Source of the DNA: Balanoglossus misakiensis
Taxonomy: Eukaryota > Animalia > Hemichordata
Length of the DNA: 64,000 nt
Direction: 5' to 3'
Assembly (NCBI GenBank): GCA_040954595.2
Contig: CM082585.2
Coordinates: 5,171,808-5,235,807, forward strand
The notes beneath the pieces are model-generated. The model had not been told where the DNA came from and made no database searches. It saw only the letters and a list, made by a program, of their open reading frames with translations. Each line of letters starts with the position of its first letter. Positions within the stretch are counted from its first letter, which is position 1. The position numbers and the translations under genes were made by a program. Below are positions 1 through 13,862 of the stretch, one piece after another.

Positions 1-537
1 GTTCAATTTGTCGCTTATACTAGAAGAAAGTTTTGGGGGCTCAAATTATGATCACTTTTGTGAGCTTCAGACTAAGGCTATGGTTTTATGGGGAAATTCT
101 TCGATGGTATTGGTTAGGACTGGGTAAGACAACATGAGAATGCCACACAAATTATGAAACAGAACAAAATCAGATCAGACCAAATTCAATTAGTAATAGG
201 AGGCATAAGTCCCTCTTGCTATTTGTAACATGGGTACCACACGCCGGGTTCAGAAAAGTAAATATTTCCCATGAACGTTTACGACCGCCTTTATTCAATA
301 AATGCATAGTCTGTACCATCCCCGACTAAACAAGTTGAAAACTGAGAGCGCAACAAGTTATAGTATTAAGGGCCTAGAAAACCTAACGAACAACATCAAA
401 CAGTGAGTTACATATAAAATTTTAAGCAATTACCAGAGAATATGAAAACTATGAAACTGATGATTCACCACATCACACGAATTGAGACAGGAATGATTCC
501 CCTTTGATGGTCTCAACACTAATGTATATTTGTACAG

Positions 538-1506
538 CAACACCAACAGTGATGGAAACGTCATCTAAAGGGACCATTGAACAAATTACAACACAAACTG
601 TGACGACACCCGAGCTCATTATGAAACCCAAGTCGACATCAGCCACCACAACACCAGTCATCAAAACATCATCCACAACATCATATCTTCAACCCACACA
701 AAATGTCCCGTCAACTACAACAGATACTATAGGTAATATTTCTCTGTTTTTCAGGAATGGGAACTTTTTCAGTGGTGCCACATTTTTCTTGTTGTTTCAA
801 ATTTGTATTCAAAGAAGACAAATTCATCGAATATATTTGATTATATTATATCATGCTACCATTCGCCATTCTGATTGGACACTCCAGCGATGCTAAAATA
901 CTCAATATAGCACTGCTAAAACGGGCCCCTTAACTCGCATGCGACAGCAAAACTATGCGGTTAAACAACAGTTGCGTGTGTTTAAACCAAATAAATAAAT
1001 TAAAAATACTGTTGAATTAACGGACGTTATTTTTGAACTGCTCTGTGGGAATATTTGTCACCTGACCGCTAGATAGTGTTTACATTCATCGTTGGATTGT
1101 TGGTTCAGGATCGTAATTTCTCTTTATGACGCTGGTAGAAATTACGCAATGTATATAATTAAAACCCAAATGCCAAAAATAACAGTAACATTTTTTTACA
1201 GATCAACGCCCCCCAATAGTGGACTGGTTTACCGCCTCCTCATATCAGCGTGGAACTGTTATCGTTGAGTTATGGATTGATTTGTATTACTGGTACAATG
1301 ATGACTACTACATCGAGATCGCTTACTGGATTTATCCAAACAAGAATGATAGCATCATAATAACAGAAAACGGCGCATACGGTTATCATGACGTTAATCT
1401 GTACAACTTGGACTCAACTGAAACATACGTAATATCAGCCGTGGTATATCATGGTGACAGTGTAAGTGAGCCGTTTGAAATGAATTTCACAGGTAAGTTT
1501 CAATCC

Positions 1507-1545
<39 letters not shown>

Positions 1546-4425
1546 TTATGTCTGTATGTATGTATGTATGTATGTATGTATGTCTGTTTGTTTGTTTGTT
1601 TGTTTGTTTGTTTGTGCGTGCGTGCGTGTGTGTATGCATGCATCTACATGTATACATGCATAACTTCGATTTTTCCTACATCAATCCATCCATCCATCCA
1701 TCCAACCATGCATGCATACATACATACATGCATGGATGGATGGATGGATGGATTGATGTAAGAAAAATCGATGTTATTAAAAAGACGAAATTCCAAAAGC
1801 GAATTACTTTTTCGTAAGTAATGTTCCATTCCTAAAACAGATCTGTGCACTGTCAAGCATTGCCAGACGAATTCTACGTGCAGCACCTATACTGAAGCAG
1901 GCAGATATGGATACAATTACGAATGGTATCACTGTCAGTGTCTCCCAGGGTTTTTTGGCCAGAGCTGTGAAACAGGTTTGAGTGAAAATACTGTTTCCAC
2001 AATTTCTAGGTATCTCATATTATCACGACAATGTATTTGCAGCACTAATATAATTATTATACTTTCCGTTTTAGAAGTGTTTTTCTTGGCACGACACCTC
2101 TAAATCGATTTGTATTTTACAGGATTCAAACCCAGACCAAACATCTTTTCAGTGCATTGATTTGTTTAATATTTTTTCTTTCTCTCAGAACTGTTAATCT
2201 ACACCGAATTAGTCGACACTACACCAACATCACTTACTATCAAGTGGAACTTAACAGATAACAGTTATCGATGGCATATACGGGAAATCATAGTCATTGA
2301 TTTGATTGATGATGAAATGAATGTATTCCGCTCGCTCGAGTATTATATGCGCCGTCAAACAACACTTGGTGGTCTGAGGCCAGGAATGTCGTACGCTGTG
2401 ACTGTTACAGCGACTGGGTTCGACAATTTCAACATTAGTGATGCAGTAATGGTTTATTTAGGTAAACATATCAATCTACTGCAAATTCATATATGCCAAC
2501 ATCAATGATAGTACTTAGAATTTGCAATGCTGTGAATTTAACCCTGAACTCCACGAACGTCACTGGAGCTGTGACGCTTGAGGTCATCTAAGGCCAGGAA
2601 CATCATACATCGTGACCGTTATGGCTTTCAGTTGGAGGGACTCCAGCATCAGTGATACAGTGATAGCAAGTTTGGGTTTCTGTATGCAACTCCTAGAAAT
2701 AATGCTAAACGCTAGGTAAAGATGTTTGAGCCTTAAAGTGTGAAACTAGTTTATAGATATATTTACATATATGACGCACTATAGCTGCAATGATGTAGGT
2801 CTTTCATAAGTAACACACGAGATTCTAAATGTTTTGTCCATTGTATTTCGGCGCAGGAGAAACAATTCAACAGGTTTGATTTCTCTTATTGTCAGAGCTG
2901 CCTCTTATTGCGCATCTGTCTGTTTACGTCACAGCTCCAGAACCACCAACATGGGCCGATATCAGCCACTACAATTCAACAAGTGTGTCCGTCTACTGGA
3001 ATCCTGGGTACACAGAATACGATTTCTTTGAAGTGACGTATGTTTGCGGATCAACGGATATAACGCTCAATGTGGCGTTAAGTGCTGTAACTCTCAATGA
3101 TTTGCGACCGAACACCTCTTGTCAGATTAACATTACCACTTGGAGCAATGATTTACGGAGCGTAGACAAGTACACAAAGATGATAACAACAGGTATATTT
3201 AATTGTTTTGACGGTTTCATTTGAAAGACAGAGATGGTAAAAATGCCGTGAAAGTAGGACACACAGCATTTTCATTTCTTGGCTAGAGACATCTGAGATC
3301 CCAGTTTCGTTTTAAAACGTTTGAAATCCACAATTGAATTCTACAGAAGATTGTTTATTTTCTCTGTCCAGCTCCTGACTACTGCGCCAGTTCGCCATGT
3401 GGCTTTAACACCACAAGCAGCTGCAAGAGTGATGTCAGCGGATTTACGTGCTCTTGCTCCTCTATTCCAGATAAAGGTTAGGTTAAATAATCTTATATAT
3501 GACACATGTTACCCTTTCTGGCTGTCCTAGATCATATGGAATGCCCCTTTCAGTAGTTATTGGCACAGGGGTGCTGTCTTTTGCATCCGTCGGCTGTTTC
3601 AGCAGTCCGTGTTTGACCCTGATGGATTTCGTGACTGAAGCCAGAGGTGCTGTAATTTGCTGTCGGATGACTGTGAAACGGTTCTCCAGTGATTCGTTTG
3701 CACTTTGAGATGTTCACATCTGGCCAATACTTGTGGTACATAACCTGATATCCTTCTTGTCACACAAATTGTAGCAAAATGATGTCAAAAATCATTGCAA
3801 TGACCCTGTTAGTAGTACTCATCAAGGAATGAGTTACAGTTTCGTAATAAGCCTTTCCCAATACGTCTGTACATTGAATGTACTACTTCTTTTACTCAAC
3901 ATGCTGTCTACCCAGCTGACATACACAATTGAGAGCGCACTAAGTCATACCAGATATGAATAAAATATGCTGACGTCTTTATCCTTTGATAAAGACTGAA
4001 AATGTGCAAATTAAACTTTCTTTCAATACGACTGATCTTTATAATCTATTGCAGTCTTTATGAAATCGTTAGAGAGAGAGAGGGGAGGGAGGGGGGAGGG
4101 AGGGAGGGAGGGAGGGATACAGAGGGAGGGAGGGATACAGAGAGAGAGAGAAAGATGGAGAGAGAGAGAAAGAGGGAGAGAGAGAGACCGGTATCACAAT
4201 ACACACGTGAGCTAAAAATAATTCTTTACACCAACAGGGACTGAAACCTCATCTAAATGGACTACTGTACAAATTACAACCCAACCCGCGACGACATATG
4301 AGAACACTACAGAAGCCACGACGCCATTCGTCACAGAATCCTCCGCAACAAGGGAAATACCTTCTAATCTGTTTTGGATTATTCTGATCTTGCCATTTCT
4401 TGAAATTTTCCCGGGTAAAATGTAA
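538..4425 (+). CDS. 3' part of a mucin-like/fibronectin type III/EGF cell-surface protein, probably GPI-anchored (5' end not located in window)
   Basis: GT-AG exons joined by phase-1 introns: 538-732 (Thr-rich), 1202-1492 (FN3-like, LYNLDSTETYVISA), 1841-1975 (EGF, C..C..C..CQCLPGFFGQSC), 2189-2461 (FN3, LRPGMSYAVTV), 2935-3192 (FN3, W..LRPNTSCQINI), 3372-3476 (5-Cys EGF-like), 4238-4425 (Thr-rich, hydrophobic C-terminus LFWIILILPFLEIFPGKM*). Confidence 0.8.
1508..1635. repeat. Compound microsatellite (TCTG)n(TATG)n(TTTG)n
   Basis: Directly visible tetranucleotide arrays. Confidence 0.95.
1660..1779. repeat. Inverted repeat/hairpin with (ATCC)n/(GGAT)n arms
   Basis: ataacttcgatttttcctacatcaatccatcc... 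mirrored by ...ggatggattgatgtaagaaaaatcgatgttat. Confidence 0.85.
2540..2676 (+). pseudogene. Degenerate intronic copy of the 3' half of the preceding FN3 exon
   Basis: Translates HLRPGTSYIVTVMAFSWRDSSISDTVIASLG versus GLRPGMSYAVTVTATGFDNFNISDAVMVYLG in exon 2189-2461. It appears frameshifted just upstream and has no clear acceptor. Confidence 0.6.
4071..4187. repeat. (GA)n/(GGGA)n purine tract
   Basis: Directly visible. Confidence 0.95.
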
Positions 4426-7039
4426 CATTTCAACAAACTCCAACATTTAATTGTAATTTTGGAGGGCAAAGTATGTGTTTGTAGAAAAGGATCTTTTTGG
4501 ATGATATTTCATAAACACAAAATGAAATTTGTTAATTTGCTTTGAACAAGCTTTCATGTAATTTTGGTATGGCAAAAAGAATGTCTGAAAATAACATCCA
4601 CAGCCAAGTTATTATAGTTGATATTTGTATGAACAAAAGTCAATTTAATAAGCTATCATTATTAATTCTCCTCTAGCTCATTGAAATAATTATAGTGTTC
4701 GTCGATAGGGAGTTATACAATACCCCCGGCAATACCCAAGGTCAAAACAAAGTTTCGTTATATAAATTTCATTTTCTTTATTACCCAGTGCAAAAACTAT
4801 ACATTCAATTTGTAAATCAAAAGCTTACATATTACACATAAGTAAGTTTCATAAAATGTGTTCAATAACGCCAGAATTTATAGCGATAATAGCCCTAATT
4901 TTGTAAAAATTAAAATCATCACCTAATTAACATGAGACTGGTATATGTCTCCAATACATTCATATCTCTGTCAGATCAATATCCGTACCATGTTTCATTC
5001 AAGTACAAGCAGCAATTGCAGTAATATATCACTAATTATATGCAAATTTTCAGCCTGTTGATTATTGATGATTTTGCATTTTCTCTAAAAAAAGTTGTAT
5101 ACCATGAAAAAGTGTGATGGCTCGTTGATGACGCATGAATGAAAGAGCATTGCCGTATGACGCGAAACGGAAGGGAGAGAGAGTTATGGAGGTATAAGTA
5201 ATTTCTTTAATTATAATCTCCACAAAAGCGAGATGAATTGTGTTACCAAATCTGTCAAAACAGGCTACCCATCTGATGACATTAAACAACATTTTTTGAA
5301 ATCACGTGGCCCATACCGAGACTAACTCCGATTTTACTTCGATTCCTTGACCGGTGGTGGCGCACTATTGCAGAAACACTGAAGACTCAAAGACCGGAAG
5401 TGCAGTCGAGTCATGCACTGGCGAAGACATCGTTGTTGTCGTCAAGATTCATATGTGTGCGGTAGGAGATAGTAGTGGTTTCACTCATTCTACTTGCATG
5501 ATAAAACCGTCTTTGCATCAGTCTGCCCACAATAGTACCCGACCCATACAAGTCACCTATATCAAGCCTTTGCCTTCAGTTTCGAGGTCAACAACCTTTA
5601 TTATCATGGTCATGGCATCAGGCTGCGTGAAGTGAGTGTCCAGCGCACAGATTGGGGTCGATTCGTCGACTGTCCTGTCGACCCCCCATATCAATGATCA
5701 ATTATTCGATAACAACGAGCAAACGCCGATGTCAATGGGTGAATGGAGATATATGTTTGTATAACGAGGACGTACTGCAGTGGTAAGATATTAAGATATA
5801 TATACTTTTATACAGGTAGCCACATGCACATAATAAATACAGCAATTTCTCTTGTTTTCTAACAATTTTGCCATGCATGACCCTGCTAAAGGTAAATCCC
5901 ACAATACCTGTAGATGAGCCTTTGTTTATGGGCTCCACAACCATGAAAAGGTTATTTTGGGATGCGCTCATTAACCTTTAGCTGGATCATGCATGGCAAA
6001 CATGGGGAGGCCTCCTCACTTGACCCCTAATACCAGAATAACAGTTATTAATGTAATTAATTGATGATATGTATTTTTAACTTGTATATTGTTTGTTCAG
6101 ATTGGCATATTAGTATCTCCCTGTAAATTACCAGCCATTGACACTTTATAACTCGGATGCATTTACCAGATATACTTATTTCCTCCAAAGTGCATGTCAT
6201 TCATAGCAGCTGCTGCTGCCATGACAACCCTTACCAGCTGTTACCGTTAAAAATAACACTGTATATGATTTTCCCTGGGTGTTTTGTCATGTGTGAAGGA
6301 TTTATGACCCAGTACATGTGTTATTGTCCACGTTTAGGTTAAATTCAGACATAGGATATTTTTTTATGGTTTTCTATTCATATTTTTACTGCATGAAAAC
6401 TTTGGTGGTAAGTGCTGACCTTTGTGTGTTTCTCACTGCCACCTTTATTGGTATTCACATTGGTTGAATTTAGTGATTGTGTATATACTAAGTATGTACA
6501 TGTGTGCATGTGTGAGCATGTACCATATGTATAACCTACATTGTACATGTACTAGCTGTTTGAGCATGTATATATCAAAAACATGTAATGTTCCAAGTTC
6601 CTCATATTCAGATGGAAATGAATGTCTTAGGTGGGTAAGAAGGGGGGGGGGGGAGGGGGCTTCTTTTGTCTCCACCATAATCCAGTTACCCACAACCGCC
6701 ATTTTACATGCTGCCTTACCACATATGACCATGTGAAGGCTCAACTTGTCCAAGGTAATACGTCCACACACACATGAATTTGCAGCGGCCTAGATATTAA
6801 GTCATCCCTGAACCTCCCTTCCTTCCTACCAAGAACAAACTAAGTAGCCCCCAGGCCGACTTAGCATGTCCACATTTTTTACGCTGGCCCAGGCCCGGCA
6901 CCAGTGCCGCACCGCAGTAAATTGTCCAGTGTGAATCCCCTTATTTTATCTTTGAAAACATATTAACAAACATAATTTTCTTTTCTATGTTACAGGTCAA
7001 AGTTTGGGCTAGCTGAACTTTTATATTGACGAAGAGGAA

Positions 7040-10000
7040 ATGAAAATCATGAGTATATTGGCATCGAGGAGAATCAAACTTATTTTTTCAGTTATCCTCC
7101 TTGTTGGATTATTTCTGAGTCTTTTGAATTTTTACGGAATTCACGTGACAGTGCTGACAAACCACAAAAATTGTGTGTGTGGAGAAAAGAAATCCTGTCC
7201 GTGTATTCAGGATGCGAATGTCCGAAAGTATAACCTCGTACAGAAAAACGGAAATGCTGACCACGGGAATCTATCCAAGACTTCAAAAAATGCCGGTTTA
7301 TCAAATGGCGTTCCTGCTGAAAAGAAATCGGAGTCAGACAACAAAATCTATGCATCTTCTCAAAATGGAGTCGGTGAGAGTGTCGGTGATCACCGCAAGA
7401 AATCGGAAATGTTGACTGGTTTCAACAAGAGCAGGGCCGTCGGTCTTCAGGATGATCTGAAAACCGACAAGAATTTGAGCAAAAAGGACAAGGGACACAC
7501 AGAAGGGAGTCCAGCAAAAGATTTGAACAGACAAGGGGATCAGTTGAGCCCAGTGGAAAAAGACAGTTATGCAAAACATCAGACAAAAGATGGCCGCAAA
7601 AGAACGAACAGTAGACAAACAGAGATCAGCCAAAATGGAATAAAAGGAGAGGGGACAGCTTGCAAAATTCCAAAACTTGATCCCTATCACCAGAGTATCA
7701 AACACCTGTTGAGGAAACCATCCCCGCTTGAATGCGCACAGGAAAACAGACAAGCGGACTTGACGTACTACGACGAACACAGCGGCAAAATTTACATCAA
7801 CCACACAGTACTCGACGGTCAGAGTTTAAACGCTTGCAGTTACTCGTACATAGTGATGTTGGACGACTCGTATACGGTATTCAACGAGTCGACTATCGTA
7901 GAATTCGATGAAGACACTGATTTCAGCAAAGATGTTGTCTTGATTGACAATATCGTATCGGACTACTTTGGTGTTATCTGTCAAGTGGGGAATAGTGACA
8001 AGGAAGACGGGGAAATATACAGTGATTTGCACGCTCATGTCGTGCCACAGTCGCATGTGTTCCAACGAGCGCGGGACGCCAGCCCACTGCCGTCATCGGC
8101 GCTGGGAGTTGACGTCATAATCGTAGGATTCGATTCGACGTCCCGCATGAACTTCATGCGCCAAATGCCGAAGTCGTATAAATTTTTAACCGCCGCGATG
8201 GAGTCCACCGTCCTGGAAGGGTTTAACATCGTCGGGGATGCCACCTCGGCGGCCCTGATCCCGATGCTGACTGGTCACTTTCCGGAGGATCTGCCGGAAG
8301 CCCGACGGAACACGCCGGGCGCGACCACTGTGGACGCCTTTCCTTTGATCTGGAAAGAGTTCAGGAATCTGGGATACGCGACGTTGTTCGCCGAAGATTC
8401 TCCATACCTGGGAGCATTCAGCAGATTGTTCAACGGCTTCGAGGAGCAACCAACAGACCACTACATGAGAGCCTTTTGGCTGAAGTCTGTAGAACTAACA
8501 GACGATTACAATAGCATCAGTAATCCCAAAGTATGTCAAGGTGCTCGGCCAGCTCATCAGGTGACCTTCGACTATTTGAAAGAATTCCAAGTGAAATACA
8601 AAGACATTCGAAAATTTGCTTTCGTCTTCATGACCGAGTTGACGCACGGAAATATCAACTCGATAAGCTTAGCAGACGATGATTTTCATAAATACTTGAC
8701 GTTTATGTACGAGAAGAAGTACCTTGACAACACCGTCTTCGTCGTGCTTGGGGATCACGGCGCCCGCTACACGGCCATTCGTGGCACCCTCCAGGGCAGA
8801 CTGGAGGAAAGACTTCCCTTTGTGTCCATCCACATCCCGCAAGCCCTCCGCCAGACCCACCCGGCGATTTACAAAAACCTCCAAATTAACACCGACCGAC
8901 TGACCACTGCGTTTGATTTTCATGCCATGTTGGAAGACGTGATCGGCCAGGCGCAGGACGCAAACGACTCGACAACGAAGCATGGCTACAGTTTGTTTCA
9001 AGAGATTCCAGCATCCAGAGGTTGCCTGGATGCCCATGTAGCCATGCATTGGTGTGCCTGTCTCGACTGGGTGTCAGTTAACCAAACGGATCCAAAGGTT
9101 AGTTTCTAAGATAATTGCCACAATAGTAGTCATCTATTACCATTATCTTGAAACAATTTTGTACATTTTCACCAAACTATGTGAATTTTGTGTCATACAT
9201 GTACCATCACCGTGACAGTCAGTGGACCTTAAAGTGAAGGGGTCGTCGCGCCGCATTTGTTTGTTTATAAACATTACAATTCATCCACAAATCCCTGAAA
9301 TTACAGATAGTAGATCATTCTTAGATTGAATGAAGCAGCCAACCATAGCAAAGACTGGGCATGACAGCAACTGAAGATCCTAGTAGGTCATGGCGACTGC
9401 AGTGGGGTTTGTGCTGGTATGGGAGGATATATTCTCTCATCAGTGGGGACACCCATGCGGTGCGACGACCGCTTCCCGTCAAACAACTTCTAATTTCATT
9501 TTACAGGTACAACATGCAGCTGGTGAATTTGTGAAATATATCAACAACCTGACAGAAGCACATCGTCAATACTGCGCAGTCTTACAAATCAAGAACATTA
9601 GCCATGCAGAACGCAATGTACCAAATAACAAAGTAAGTATTATATATACATATGTACAGTGTTTTATTCAGAATGGCATCAACAGGGGGGATATGTCCTC
9701 CTTTGCCAGAATATTTGAGGAAGATTCCACTCTGGCAAGGGGGGGGGGGGGGGGGCTGTAATATCTCCAACATGTGAATGACATCATTGTAAGGGGCACT
9801 GGTTCCCCTTGACAAAGTGCTAGGGGTGCCAACATGTCAACAGGGGGTGATTCCAGATGAAACACTGTAGGTGTCAGTTACCCCCTTGACTACATTTTGT
9901 ACCATTACCTATGTAATCATGTATACCAGAGAAAGTAAACCATCCAGTCAGTTTGTGATGTTTACTTACGGCGTTCAAGGTATATAACTAATTGTTATAA

Positions 10001-11779
10001 GTCTATTTTCCTCCGCAACACTCAAGGTAGTCAAGTGGTTAAGTACTTTTGTCCCAAGTGGGTTATTCATAAGGTACAAATACCAGTAAAACAGGAAGCA
10101 CTATTATTTAAGTCAGTTAAAAGTAATTTACTAAAGGCTGTTCTCTGCCGATGACAATGTTATCTGTGTTTTTCTTTAATCCTGGTATCTTGCCGTATAT
10201 TCATTTGGACCATGTTGAAGTTGTATTTACTGAGAGCCATTTATTATGAAACTTTGATCCTGTGAATTCTGGGAGGAGTACGTACTCAAACTATGAGACA
10301 ATTCTAGTACTTGTATACTGCCCTCAACGTTCAAAACTATACACACCAGTCTGTAGATTTTGCGCATCATCCCTCACAGCCACTGTGGTTTACCCTCAAA
10401 TTTCAAATTTGAGACAATTTTGCTCTTTCATTCAATATTTTGCACAGTGACCCCCAGTTTTCATTCTCAATTTTAAGAGAGAATTGCCTTTATCAATATA
10501 TGAGAGAAAGTTTAAAACTTTGATTTTTGAGGCACATTCTGCCTTAAAGGGGGAAATGCGGTAAAGTGTAGACAGTGGAACAGCTGGCCTTGTTTCCCAG
10601 TAAACTGTTCTGTGTACAAACAATAGGACTATTGTCTACATCTATAGAAATGCCCACATCAACGCGTATGGCCTTTAACGCTCGCATCCCCACATCTCAA
10701 AATGTTCATCCAACCAAACCATTGAACACAACAGGACAGTATCAATTGTATGAATCAATTCAACATATGGGCGTTGTATCAACCTGGAAACCGACTGATG
10801 CATGATGACAATGCCTTCACGGATCCACTGCAGGAACTATTCTGTGGTCTTCTATTAACAAGTGCAGCTACACTGGTCGACTTGGTTACAAATGTATTCT
10901 CCAATGGGATCCTGTTCTGTTGGAAAATATGCAGATGTTCACTGAGACTAGGCTGTTTTGTGATCCAAAACCAGTCAAAATAACTTTTTTGAAGTCATTT
11001 TTTCCATTGTATGCCTTCTCTTCAACTCAGAAATACTTGAGTGCTGGACCAACATGTAATTAAACAGTAATACAACTGTACTATCAGACCTACACACTGA
11101 CATTTTCTCATCCCAGAATTCCAATTTCAAAATGGCCGATTTTTGCCCTGTTTAAGAAATGGGAGTTCATAAGCGGAAGTGATATTGGTTCATTCTGAAA
11201 CTTATTAACAGAAAAAATAACAAAATGTGAAAAAAAGTTGAATGAGTGTAATATGCTAACTACAAAGACAGAAATGTTTGACCAAAGGAAGTCATGAAAT
11301 ACAGTAAACATATCATTTCTTCTATCTCTTACTACAGTGAGCTGTCGACCTTTTACCCAGAATGCAATTTTTATAATGTGATTTGACCCCCTAGCACAAT
11401 GTAAAAACCTATTAAAGGCAGCCAGAATTTCTATGATGCATGTACAAAGTGAATACACGTGTATTTAATGCTGTCATTTTAGGTCTTGCGCTTCAAAGGC
11501 ACATGGGATGAAGATCAGAGATTTGCAGCATTCGAAGACCATGCACTGGTAGACGTCCACGAGGTTGCCGTGGACTACCAAATCACCGTAGAAACCATAC
11601 CAGGGCGTGGACTCTTTGAAGGAACCGTGCGAATTTTCACTGACGCGGACGGCAAAGACGAATGTGTGGTCGACCGGGAGATAAGTCGCATCAATCTCTA
11701 TGGCGACCAACCCAAGTGCATTGCCGAGAAATATCCCCATCTGACGAAGTATTGTTATTGCAAGAACAATGATACGTGA
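7040..11779 (+). CDS. DUF229-family (alkaline phosphatase/sulfatase superfamily) type II membrane protein, ~826 aa
   Basis: Exons 7040-9097, 9507-9632, 11483-11779 join in frame with GT-AG sites. N-terminal TM (LIFSVILLVGLFLSLL), low-complexity stem, motifs GFDSTSRMNFMRQMPKS, GYATLFAED, GDHGARY, EERLP, RLTTAFD, HWCAC and C-terminal SRINLYGDQPKC..KYCYC, all typical of DUF229 proteins. Confidence 0.88.
9229..9480. mobile_element. MITE-like element with imperfect terminal inverted repeats
   Basis: gtgaaggggtcgtcgcgccgcat ... atgcggtgcgacgaccgcttccc, within a DUF229 intron. Confidence 0.55.
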
Positions 11780-13318
11780 TGGGATAAGATACACACAACT
11801 GCCAAGCCTATCACAGATTTTCTGTGGGCAGTCATGCAAAAATATACCTCACCACATGATCATTTGAAGTGTCAAATAAGAAAGACTTTCACAATCAAGT
11901 ATTTTTTTTCCTAAAATCCTTCATTGTACTATCACTGGATGTATGAGAGGGGGAAAAATCACCTTTTGCCTTGTGATACTTATATATGCAATGATGACAA
12001 AAACTGACTGATTTAATATTCCTGTATCTCAGAGCTTACAGATAAAAACTGAATGGTGATGATAGGTGGCCTTTAATATTCTACAGTGTTACTGAACCAG
12101 GCTCTCAGATGCCCTTCCTGCCCTACCAACAATTACACATTACAGTCATTGATTGAACAAAGCTGAAACTCAGTTAGACTGAAGGGAATGTCAAGCACTT
12201 CCAAACGTGATGTGTCAATCTTGCTGACCGTTGTCTGATATCTGTCGTAGGTCTGTCTTGGGGCACGCAAATCTGAATTCGCTTATGGCCGACAGGAAAC
12301 ATACATTGTATATCACAAGCTTTGCCATCTGTGCATGTGGCAAAATGGGATTTCAGTGCCTACAATGTAAACTGCAAGTGTTTCCCCATTGGTCGTTGAT
12401 AGCTGGATTGACTTCGCTATGTCCAATGCAAGTAAATGCTTTACATCAAATTGATGCTAAAATATTGAATTGCATCAAATTGATGCCCAATTAAATGTGA
12501 ATGATTCACTCATTGCAACTATATTCTAAGAATATGTAAATTTTCGACTAGGATTTTAACATATCCACATAGTCAAAGTAGAGTTACACTTAGGGGACTA
12601 CAAATATAATCAAATGAAAACAGATGGAAATTGCAACAGAGATTCAGGAAAGACATTTTTTGCAGGCATTGGTAAGAAAATTATAAGATTTGTTTATCCA
12701 TCAGTGGTATTGGTTAAACATTCAGCAGATCAAGAATAAGCAAATGGTTAGCATCATATGAAATCTATATGTGCATACTACTTGCAATATGCTCATCATT
12801 TTAGTCGAGACAAAAATGCTCTACATGTATATGATGTATATGTGTGGTCAGATTGTTGTAAAAAATGGTCAACACATACCTTGGTGCTGTTCCTTTTCTA
12901 CAGATGTCTTGAAATTTCTTTTTAATTTTTTTTTGAATTTTTATATTACAGATCTATTAAATTGCCTGCCCCAATTTCTTCCTTTGTAATTTCTTTTTAG
13001 AAGTACACAGGGTTGTTCTCATATCGATTTGTTTGTTTGTTTATTTTGGGTTAATTTTGTTTTTGAGGGACTTTTGTTACTTTTTGTAAGGATTTCTTTT
13101 CTCAGAAAGTGCTGGTCTGCTTTCCTTTACAATGTCCTTGCAGGGTCCTAGAGAAGATTCATTATGATTAGAAAAATGGTGATAAAATTTTATTATATTT
13201 TTGAACGTAAGAGTTCTTATAAACAGAGCACAATGAGTTGGCTACTGTTTGTATTAAAATTTGTTTTATATTAAAATTCCATTCTATACCATGTCAGGTT
13301 GTACATGTATCTGAGTTC

Positions 13319-13524
13319 TTAGGGGAGAACCATTTTATTTCTTGGGGTGGGTTGAGGATTTTTGGGAGTAAAATGTTGGTGCCATGGGGAAAAATTTGTT
13401 CCTGCAATGCCTTGAAAAAGATGGACTGGTTATCGAATAAAAAATTTGCTTTAACAGTGGTTGAAAAAATATGCTGCCCAAAACCTCCACTCCCCCCCCC
13501 CGAAATCAAATGGTTCCCCCCTTA
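13319..13524. mobile_element. MITE-like element
   Basis: TIRs taggggagaaccattttatttc ... gaaatcaaatggttcccccctta. Confidence 0.6.
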
Positions 13525-13759
13525 CACATGCCATGTCAGTTTTTCAAATGTTCCCAGTGACCACTGCATAGGCCCCTTGATAAGATAAAATGAGTCAGTT
13601 AGCCTAAAGAATGCTATGAAATTTGTCAACAAATTTCACTTTTTAACCTAAGATGAAAATAAAATAATTCATATCAATGAATCATCAAGATACTATGCTC
13701 ACTGTATTCACAAACAACTGCGTTGTATTGGCAGCAACCACAGACAGGGCGACACCTAC

Positions 13760-13862
13760 GCTTTCACCCCCCCCCCCCCACCCCGAGTTCCCTGTACAGA
13801 GGTCCAACTTTACCATAGGAAACAATGGATTTGGACCAAACCATGGCGGTGAAAGGGTTAAA
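13760..13862. repeat. Dispersed ~90-100 bp repeat (copies at ~23920-23995, ~29455-29505, and reverse at ~35210-35295)
   Basis: Shared core gaggtccaactttaccat/cagaaacaatgg..ttggaccaaaccatggcggtgaaagggttaa seen four times. Confidence 0.8.
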
